In this document: one piece after another, positions 20,495 through 27,423 of the stretch
Layout: every line of letters begins with the position of its first letter
How positions within the stretch are numbered: the first letter of the stretch is position 1
Source of the DNA: Parasynechococcus marenigrum WH 8102
GTDB taxonomy: Bacteria; Cyanobacteriota; Cyanobacteriia; PCC-6307; Cyanobiaceae
Reading direction: 5' to 3'
Assembly: GCF_000195975.1 (NCBI RefSeq)
Contig: NC_005070.1
Location: 1,470,001-1,502,000 of the forward strand
DNA: 32,000 bases
Program-made: the position numbers and the translations under genes
The notes under the pieces: model-generated
What the model was told of the DNA's origin: nothing
What the model saw: the letters and a program-made list of their open reading frames with translations, nothing else
Database searches by the model: none

Positions 20495-21040
20495 ATGACA
20501 AACGAACAGGACGCGTTGGTTTCACTATTGCAGAGAAACCCCAATGACAAAAGCATCGCTGGGCGCATTGCGTCGCTTGAAGAGGCACAACCCGCTGACT
20601 TGAATCGTGATGCACCCCTTCTAGACGGTGTGTGGGATTTGCGTTGGAGCAGTTCAAGCCAGCCCTGGCTTCGTCAAGCACCTTGGCTGGAGAATCTTCA
20701 GGCACTGGACCTCAAGCAGAACAAAGGTTGCAACCTGCTGCGCTTGCGTGGACCGCTCGGAACACTTGGAGCCATCAGCGTCCAAGCAACTCTGAACGTG
20801 ATTAACTCAAAGCGGGTTGAGGTGAAATTCTGCAAGGGAGGCTGGCTTGGACCAACGCTGCCTGGTCTTGGTCCAATCAAGTTGTTGCGTAACGTTCAAC
20901 AAAGCTTTCCTGCCTGGCTTGACATCACAGTATTGAATCAACAACTACGCATCTATCGAGGCAACGCGGGAACAACATTTGCGTTGCTGAAGCTCGATAC
21001 GGTCGAGATCAAGGATCTGATTGATCAGGGCAATGATTAG
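20495..21040 (+). CDS. PAP/fibrillin-family protein
   Basis: 181 aa with LLDGVWDLRWSS, RVEVKF, WLDITVLNQQLRIYRGNAGTTFALLK, the typical fibrillin (PF04755-like) pattern. Confidence 0.75.
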   Translation: MTNEQDALVSLLQRNPNDKSIAGRIASLEEAQPADLNRDAPLLDGVWDLRWSSSSQPWLRQAPWLENLQALDLKQNKGCNLLRLRGPLGTLGAISVQATLNVINSKRVEVKFCKGGWLGPTLPGLGPIKLLRNVQQSFPAWLDITVLNQQLRIYRGNAGTTFALLKLDTVEIKDLIDQGND

Positions 21041-21058
21041 CCTGCTCCCGCATTCGAA

Positions 21059-21847
21059 TCAATTCCTTCCCACGATAACTGGAGGAGTCGATGCGCCAGC
21101 GAAGGATGGAACAACTTGTGTTTGCCCATCCCATTTATCAAGAAACAGCTTGTACAGAACGCTGTTATTGAGGGATCGACTCAATGTTTCAAATTTAATG
21201 GCTTCTTGTTCGGCAATCTGAACTTCTGTTTTTGCTCGCAAGAGCTGCTGTTGCGCAATTTGCTTCTGTTCAATGGCAGCCCTGTACTCTTCTGCGATCT
21301 GCAGCCCAGTGATATCAAGACCTCTTACAACGACGTAATCAAATTTACTGAGCTCCTGCGAGACGCTTTCCTGCACGAGCGAAGAGATGTTGTTCCAATC
21401 TGTCGCGATCGTATCGAGCTCATACTTTGAGAAGACTGACTTCAGTGATTTCAGCAGCGATGGCTGGATCACCCTTGCGTAGATCGCAGAGTCGTCAGTA
21501 GCGATTGTGCTGTATATCCTGGGAGCCTCAGATGGCTTGACGGCATATTTAACTGTTGCCGTTGCCTCGATCACCTGGAGATCCTTCGTCAGCGTCGAGA
21601 ATTTTTCTGGAATGACCTGCGTTCTCACGCTGAAGGAATGCGTGCTCTGCAGGAATGGAATCTTGAGGTTCAGCCCTGGCTGCCTTGGCTCATCCGAAAC
21701 CTTGCCAAGCGTCGTCACAACGCCCACCTCACCCGCAGGGACGACAAACAAGCTGGACAGAACCGCGATCCCCCCAAAGAATATTGACGACACAGCAATA
21801 ACTAGTTTCGAAACGTTCTCAGAGTTTTGATAAGAGCGCATCACCAC
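21059..21847 (-). CDS. SPFH/band-7 (prohibitin-like) membrane protein
   Basis: 262 aa with an N-terminal TM, then VVPAGEVGVVTTLGKV..., a coiled-coil EEYRAAIEQKQIAQQQLLRAKTEVQIAEQEA, and KWDG. An ATG alternative start lies at 21844. Confidence 0.8.
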   Translation of the reverse strand: MVMRSYQNSENVSKLVIAVSSIFFGGIAVLSSLFVVPAGEVGVVTTLGKVSDEPRQPGLNLKIPFLQSTHSFSVRTQVIPEKFSTLTKDLQVIEATATVKYAVKPSEAPRIYSTIATDDSAIYARVIQPSLLKSLKSVFSKYELDTIATDWNNISSLVQESVSQELSKFDYVVVRGLDITGLQIAEEYRAAIEQKQIAQQQLLRAKTEVQIAEQEAIKFETLSRSLNNSVLYKLFLDKWDGQTQVVPSFAGASTPPVIVGRN

Positions 21848-22043
21848 AAAAACATAACAATGTCATGCTAACAATCACATAGTCGCAGACAACGAAATTA
21901 AACAATAAAGTAACATCTTCAATCCACCCATCTATCTAACAAGGGGAAATGACAGCATCCAGCCGTTACCACCATCTCCCAGAGCACCAGTCACAGGAAT
22001 CGATGAGCAGCGCAGAGGCAGGCTGGCTAAGCGCAGCAGCAAT

Positions 22044-22067
22044 AAAAAACCCGCCATTGCTGACGGG
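22044..22067 (-). terminator. Rho-independent terminator downstream of the PfkB kinase gene
   Basis: The minus-strand RNA reads CCCGUC-AGCAAU-GGCGGG followed by UUUUUU (plus strand: A-run 22044-22049, cccgcc 22050-22055, gacggg 22062-22067). Confidence 0.6.
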
Positions 22068-22085
22068 GCCAGACATCCAAGTTGT

Positions 22086-22913
22086 CTATTCGTAGGGTCC
22101 AAATCGCGTCGCACAGGCGGCACCACATTGGGCACCTAAGTCGATGGCGTTCGCCAAGGACCATCGCGCAGCAAGACCTGTGACCACTCCCGCGGCAAAG
22201 CAGTCACCACATCCATAGCTTTCGACCAATCGCCCGGGTAGGGGTGCTGGGTCATAACGACCGCCCGGAAGACTGAGTCCTCCAGCGGCACCTTCCGTGC
22301 GAATCAGTGTGTGTGGAGCAGGGTTTAACTGCTCTGGCTCTACCCGCTCACCTGGATCAAGGCCACTACCAATAAGGGCGTCGAGGGAAACTCTGGCTTC
22401 CTGAAGCACAGGCAAACGAACCCGCGGAGTCGCCGCCAGGACTGCAGCAGAGCGGCAGGCTTTAAACAGAGGTTCATCCGCTGCCGTGACAAAGAGGCCG
22501 TCGAACTCGCCGAGGGTCTCCCAGGGAAGGTTGTCGTCCAGTGATGGGGTCAGCCGCTCGCCTATCACGGTGATCGCCCGATCCCCCTCACCATCGACCA
22601 AGCTCACGCCCCGCCGAGTTGGCGCTTCCCTCCAGGCGACATGAACCTCAAGGCCCAGATCTTCGAGCCGCTTGACGCAGGCTTCCCCGACCGAATCGCG
22701 GCCTAAGGCCGTAAAGAACTGGACGGGTTGCCGCTGCAACCGTGCCATCTGCACAGCAGCAACGGCACCACCACCGGCTGGTTCCTGCAGGGTCCGCAGG
22801 GCGTGTCCAATGCCCCCGGGAATGGGCAACTGATCCACCGCCAGAAATTCAACCCACTCAACATGCCCGACGACGGCCAAGCGCAGGGGCGGCAGGGCTG
22901 AAGTGGAAGACAA
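22086..22913 (-). CDS. PfkB-family carbohydrate kinase
   Basis: 275 aa with the C-terminal GCGDCFAAGVVTGLA motif (PfkB signature 2-like) and an overall ribokinase-like pattern. Confidence 0.75.
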   Translation of the reverse strand: MSSTSALPPLRLAVVGHVEWVEFLAVDQLPIPGGIGHALRTLQEPAGGGAVAAVQMARLQRQPVQFFTALGRDSVGEACVKRLEDLGLEVHVAWREAPTRRGVSLVDGEGDRAITVIGERLTPSLDDNLPWETLGEFDGLFVTAADEPLFKACRSAAVLAATPRVRLPVLQEARVSLDALIGSGLDPGERVEPEQLNPAPHTLIRTEGAAGGLSLPGGRYDPAPLPGRLVESYGCGDCFAAGVVTGLAARWSLANAIDLGAQCGAACATRFGPYE

Positions 22914-23142
22914 CGGCAGTCCTAGGCGGCTGGAGTTCCATCCTCCCTGGCGATTTGGCCATGATCAGACTGGTCGCTGCAGCTGCTCTGGGATGCCGAT
23001 CCCCTGGGGTAATCACCTCGGCCTGGCCAGATGGGTGGCCCTGATTGAGGAGGACGACCTGAGGGAGGCCACCATCGCGACGGACCGATGGCTGATCCAC
23101 CTACAGCGGGATTTGGTGCTGGAGGCCGTACGGGTGGGTTAA
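22903..23142 (+). CDS. Hypothetical 79-aa ORF (doubtful)
   Basis: High-GC ORF between the PfkB start and the island edge. No motif, and the start is uncertain. Confidence 0.2.
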   Translation: MEDNGSPRRLEFHPPWRFGHDQTGRCSCSGMPIPWGNHLGLARWVALIEEDDLREATIATDRWLIHLQRDLVLEAVRVG

Positions 23143-23219
23143 AAGCAAACCCGATTCAGCAGAGAATCTTTGCTCTAGCTATTTCTCTATTCGGGGAGTC
23201 CCAGTGGCTGAAAACCTAG

Positions 23220-23260
23220 TGGAGCCACGGAGACTCGAACTCGTGACCCCCTGCATGCCA
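23220..23260 (-). pseudogene. tRNA 3'-half remnant (variable loop/T-arm/acceptor-like); putative island att remnant
   Basis: The minus strand reads TGGCATGCAGGGGGTCACGAGTTCGAGTCTCCGTGGCTCCA. This is a GGGTC variable-loop-like stretch, a GTTCGAGTC T-loop and an acceptor-like 3' end. The T-stem has a 1-nt bulge, and no matching 5' acceptor, D-arm or anticodon arm lies upstream. Confidence 0.55.
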
Positions 23261-23418
23261 TAGAGGAGTTCAAGGGCCTCAAACACACTGGTAGCACTGG
23301 ACTGACACTTAATTAATGCAAATGTGTGCGCAGAATGGGGAGCAGATTTGCCATGCCAGGCAGATCCCCTGCAGGAACTAAGGAGCAGGGCTTTTATTCA
23401 TAATGCAAACCAGAAAAT

Positions 23419-23438
23419 CTAGGGCCAAAAAGCCCTAG
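23419..23438 (-). terminator. Terminator-like hairpin
   Basis: CTAGGGC-6 nt-GCCCTAG is a perfect 7-bp stem. On the minus strand it is followed by ATTTTCTGGTTT. No obvious upstream gene is assigned. Confidence 0.3.
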
Positions 23439-24238
23439 AACGCGCCACATAAGCCACCAGTCCACCGTAAAACCGGCTGTCTTCATAATACTCAAATAGC
23501 TAAGCTGTATGTATTCCAAATACGCGTTTTAGTGCCCAAACTTCAGCTTCCTATTCAGGCTGACCTGATCATCAATCGTCTGGGTATGGAAGCCAGTATT
23601 GAACGTCAGCGTGCAGTCTTTGAAATTGATGACAATGCACCACATGTGCCGTCGTACGACCCACTAGCAAATCCCCAAAGCCTACGTCTAGCAACCCATA
23701 TCAGCTGAATTTCAATCAATCGATGAGCAGATCAAGGGTCGTACCCAATCTGCAATTTTAATCTCAGACTCGTCAGCTTGAAGCCCGAATCGCCAAGATC
23801 GATGGCACTAAGCATCTCCTACCAACACGTAGATACAGTCAACCGGTAGACATGGCAAAAATCAGGCCAAACCTGACACTTACATCGCTTATTACACAAG
23901 ATTCCGCAGAGCTAGCTCACTTTTGGGGTATTGATCCTGGTATCCGTCACCGTTCGACCAGGAGAAAGAGAACAGAGCCATGGCAGCGCAGTCGTCAGCG
24001 ATGCGCCAGAGCGCCTTCGCGACAGTAACGAGAGAGCTACAAAGGTCCGCGAGAGCAGCTCACTTATGCGACACAACCCAAGTATTCGTCATCGCATGGG
24101 AGGGAGAGAAGGAAGCCAGAGCCAATGCAGTGGAATGGGTCTGGATCATCAAGGTCGTCATGGGGGGAACTAACAAGCCACACATTGCTTTTCAGGGAAA
24201 TAGAGAGATATTTATAGGAGTTCGTCACCCTGTACGCC

Positions 24239-24934
24239 ATGTTCATCACCGTTTTTGGCCAAAAAGGTGGTGTCGCCAAAACTTGTAGCAGTATTCACAT
24301 TGCAGCATGCTGGAGCTATCAGCAAAAACGGGTAGTCCTGGTTGACTCCGACTGCAACCGATCAGCAACTGCATATGGCGCCAGAGAACTCTTGCCCTTT
24401 CCGGTCGTGCCAATTGAAGCGGCAGCTAAAGCCACTCGATTAGCCGAAATTGTCATAACCGACGGACAGGCAAGCAGCAACGAAGATGAAATTAAAAATT
24501 TGGTCGAGGGAGCCGATTTTATTCTGCTTCCCACCACTACGCAAAGCAGATCAATCGAATTGACAGTTGAGATGTCACAGATGTTGAGAAAATATAGGGT
24601 TCCCTTTGCTGCACTACTTGTAAAAGTGGATGCACGCAAAGAAGCTGCAGCTGAACAAGCCATGGAATTACTTCAGGCATTCGACATCAAAGTTTTAGAC
24701 TCACAAATCCCACTTCTAAGCGCTTTTGAACAAGCAGAAACGGAAGGAGTCACTGTTGATCAAGCGGTTGACAAGCGTGGTCGTGCAAATCCACGCAGGA
24801 TGACCGGATGGTCGGCATACTGCGCTGCCTGCAAGGAAATTGAAGATCTATTCGAAGAGCACCAAAAACTGAGGAAGAATCAATCGCCAATCGGATGGGA
24901 CTTCACACGGATGGAACATCGTGTAGCCGGGTAA
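24239..24934 (+). CDS. parA: ParA/MinD-family partition ATPase (small, type Ib-like)
   Basis: 231 aa with the deviant Walker A GQKGGVAKT, VVLVDSD, and IVITDGQ...ADFILLPTTT. Confidence 0.8.
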   Translation: MFITVFGQKGGVAKTCSSIHIAACWSYQQKRVVLVDSDCNRSATAYGARELLPFPVVPIEAAAKATRLAEIVITDGQASSNEDEIKNLVEGADFILLPTTTQSRSIELTVEMSQMLRKYRVPFAALLVKVDARKEAAAEQAMELLQAFDIKVLDSQIPLLSAFEQAETEGVTVDQAVDKRGRANPRRMTGWSAYCAACKEIEDLFEEHQKLRKNQSPIGWDFTRMEHRVAG

Positions 24935-25102
24935 ATACTGATGTCTGGCAACTGGCCCATAACTGTGGTTCTATCAAGAGAACTAACATATCAAGCTTCA
25001 GACAACACTGAAACCGTGGCCGAGGGGCAATGGAACCTAGGCTTGCCTGTGCCTGACTGCAAGGCTCAACCAAAAAAAAATCATATCTAGTACCACCATC
25101 TG

Positions 25103-25603
25103 TCAGGATCCAATCTTTTCGGAGCCTCCTATAAGCGAATACTTGGTTGAAAGTTCATACATTTTCTGGTGAATAGATGTATCGCGATCCTCAACGGAAA
25201 ACCAATCAGGTTGGACTGGCTCCATCAAGATTCTGGGACCCAAATCAATTGCTTTATATTCCAAAACAATGAATATGCCATCACGGTCTTTGAACCCAAG
25301 CTCTGCTAAGAGCATGCCGCTGTTGGTGGGCAGACTAATCATGGCTTCATTTTTGTACATATTAATCTCTGTTGCTATGACGGTTGTAATGACATCGCTA
25401 TCTGAACTACTTGGGATGTCCCTGATCCTAAGTATAAGTTGAGAATCTGCCTCTTGCTTCACAAGTGTCAAGGCTTCAGTCTTAAGCAACCATTTACAAC
25501 TTATAAAGCCTGGATGGAGACTACATGAAAACCAGGAGCGATTGGCCAAAACCTCACCCTGCTCGTTTTTCAAAAAGCCAAGTAATCGAAGCAGACGTCT
25601 CAT
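25103..25603 (-). CDS. Hypothetical protein, DUF4912-like
   Basis: 166 aa and AT-rich. The pattern W-x-hydrophobic...LILRIRDIP...AMISLP...LLAELGFKDRDGIFIVL resembles cyanobacterial DUF4912 from memory (not verified). Confidence 0.5.
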   Translation of the reverse strand: MRRLLRLLGFLKNEQGEVLANRSWFSCSLHPGFISCKWLLKTEALTLVKQEADSQLILRIRDIPSSSDSDVITTVIATEINMYKNEAMISLPTNSGMLLAELGFKDRDGIFIVLEYKAIDLGPRILMEPVQPDWFSVEDRDTSIHQKMYELSTKYSLIGGSEKIGS

Positions 25604-25723
25604 GGGCCTAAAAATTTATTATCAACAGACCAATTGCAATCGCCTCGAAAAAATTACAATACTTGATCATCGTATAGCTTGTAACAAAATGCCTATATTT
25701 TGGATTGAGTAGAAAGTGCTTGA

Positions 25724-26383
25724 TTACACATCGCCAAGATTGACAATATCGTAAGAACTACTAGTTGCCTCTAGCAATCTAGAGTATCGGCTTCCCCTGT
25801 AACCATAATTATAATCAACATAGCTGATACTTGAGGTGTTCGTTAGCGCAGAAGATTCTGAAACCTCGACAGATTCACTCTCCGTGGAGACCTCCTCTGA
25901 CGTAGAGTTGTTTTTTAAGTTGTTTTGGTTGGCTTCTGGGTTTATAATAAGATCTGAAGGTAAGTCCCCGCCCTTGTTGATCACGGATTTTAATAATAAG
26001 AAGTCATTTGATTCAACTTTGGAGACATTCACCAGACGCGCTATCACCCCACCTTTCTTTCCATACCCTTTACCAGCTCCATTGGAATTCCAGAAGAGAA
26101 AACCCTTCTTTTGATCAAAAATCAAATCAACGTCATGTTTCGAGTGGACCTTAACAGCTTCTTTCCTGTTTTTAGCAAAATGTATGGATGTATCAGTGTC
26201 AAAGCGTCTAGAGATAAGCTCTATTTTATTCGCAGCTCTCGAAAAGGAAGATAGATCATATTTTAAATATTTGGCTTTCTTTTTTTGATGATTGAGAAAA
26301 ATCTGAAGATTGCCATCATCACTGAGAGAGGGTTTTCTCATGAGTCTGAGGTGACTGGATTTATAATGACAAAGGATTCTCAA
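25724..26383 (-). CDS. Hypothetical protein with internal tail-module homologous to the esterase C-terminus
   Basis: 219 aa (alternative ATG at 26341). DVDLIFDQKKGFLFWNSNGAGKGYGKKGGVIARL aligns with the esterase DFDFLYDQKKGGLYFNENGADKGFGEGGIIAIL. The C-terminal part is Ser/Glu/Thr-rich and low-complexity. Confidence 0.6.
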   Translation of the reverse strand: MRILCHYKSSHLRLMRKPSLSDDGNLQIFLNHQKKKAKYLKYDLSSFSRAANKIELISRRFDTDTSIHFAKNRKEAVKVHSKHDVDLIFDQKKGFLFWNSNGAGKGYGKKGGVIARLVNVSKVESNDFLLLKSVINKGGDLPSDLIINPEANQNNLKNNSTSEEVSTESESVEVSESSALTNTSSISYVDYNYGYRGSRYSRLLEATSSSYDIVNLGDV

Positions 26384-26424
26384 AAGCGTGGATCGAGTGC
26401 GCTATTCGTTCCAGGACGTACCCG

Positions 26425-26616
26425 ATGCCGAACATCCTTGATCACGTCTCACTAGCACCAGTCGTTGAAGTAGACGCTTGGCCACGCTCAGCATAACGCA
26501 AGGAATGGTTCGCCATCACAAGGGGCATCATTCAAGACACCATCGCTGACATGAACCTCGATCCTGCTGCTGAAGCAGACGTGATCGAAGCCTTCACTGG
26601 TGCAGGGCTGTTGTGA
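26425..26616 (+). pseudogene. Pseudogene of the 63-aa gene family (in-frame TAA at 26494-26496)
   Basis: It has the same 192-nt length as, and is colinear with, the intact copy 30562..30753. Codon 24 is TAA where the intact copy has ACA. Confidence 0.75.
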
Positions 26617-26635
26617 ATGATCAGGAGCTGACTAA

Positions 26636-26737
26636 CTAATGGTCGTGCAGCAGCAGCTCAAGCTCTCCATAGAAGAGAGCCATAGTGCCAACGATGGCCA
26701 CGCACAGGGTGGTAGTGAGAAGCAGTTCGTTGAGCAT
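26636..26737 (-). CDS. 33-aa single-TM peptide (copy 1)
   Basis: MLNELLLTTTLCVAIVGTMALFYGELELLLHDH, preceded by AAGGAGGaaaagATG. A second copy lies at 31233..31334 with 5 synonymous and 3 non-synonymous differences. Alternative frames are not conserved between the copies. Confidence 0.65.
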   Translation of the reverse strand: MLNELLLTTTLCVAIVGTMALFYGELELLLHDH

Positions 26738-26897
26738 CTTTTCCTCCTTGTCGCTGTCCTTGGTCTAAGACAAATAGTCAGCACTTGTAGCTATTATTAC
26801 AAGTCTGAATGGAGTGAAAACCGGCCAGCAAGACCGATAGGCTCAAATCGATCGCAGCGCAGTCAACCTCAGCGATTTGCACCCCTACAAGCGCCGG
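26738..26897. repeat. Conserved non-coding leader, copy A
   Basis: Aligns with 31335..31495 and more loosely with 30955..31165. Contains the core GCAGCGCAGTCAACCTCAGCGATTT (26854-26878) bracketed by AAATCG/CGATTT and CCGGC/GCCGG inverted repeats. Confidence 0.7.
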
Positions 26898-27423
26898 GTA
26901 ACATCAGCCACCTGACCAGACAAATGCTTCAAGCCGCACCAAAATCAACTGCGATCCTCCTCCAATCTTTTACGTGATCTGAATAAACCGTCACGCCAAA
27001 CAGCAAGGGCACTCAGAGGCTTGAGTAGTTTCGTCAGCACGATTGTGGATACAGGAATCATTGATCGTCGCTCCACAACCTGGACGCGGCAAAACGCCAA
27101 GCGACGATTGAACTTGCAGAGGCACCGAAAGCAAGAAATGCTATCAGCATCTGGGAGGTATCCATGGGAAATTTACAAGAGAGGCTCTCCTAGCTACTCA
27201 CTAACGACTGGCGCTGTTGTTACCAATTTGGAGCAGCAACCACTGGTCCCGAAATATCCGTGTCATCTCAGCAATGCAGCTGACCCAATAAATCGCCGCT
27301 GATCAACATGGCAAGGGCCGCTAAGGCAAGCAGCTGTATCAGCAAGACGTCGCCACAATGGGATGACGAACTGCTCGAAGCTGTAGTATCAATGCTCAAA
27401 GCGCATGGTCTGCTGTAAGCGAA

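Noticed and set aside
20220-20705. 161-aa minus-strand ORF overlapping the fibrillin gene.
   Set aside because: The upstream 74 codons are antisense to the well-supported fibrillin gene. Only the part from the internal ATG (signal-peptide-like) is retained, at low confidence.
23220-23300. Possibility that an intact tRNA gene sits at the island edge.
   Set aside because: Reading the minus strand upstream of the T-arm, there is no complementary 5' acceptor strand (GGAGCCA), no D-arm and no standard 7-nt anticodon loop. The T-stem is interrupted. It is therefore treated as a remnant.
23931-24288. ORFs 23931-24173 and 23980-24288 upstream of parA as real genes.
   Set aside because: They overlap each other and a third short frame, have no motifs, and the second overlaps the parA start by 50 nt. 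This is more consistent with decayed or non-coding sequence.
25020-25090. Possible bidirectional terminator between parA and the DUF4912-like gene (CTTGC...GCAAG plus an A9 run).
   Set aside because: The stem is only 5 bp. The homopolymer run is on the wrong side for the plus strand and precedes the hairpin for the minus strand.
26639-26977. 112-aa plus-strand ORF spanning the small peptide gene and leader A.
   Set aside because: It is antisense to the 33-aa ORF, whose frame shows a synonymous-biased substitution pattern between copies. The equivalent plus-strand frame is not maintained in copy C, and it crosses a region conserved like non-coding DNA.
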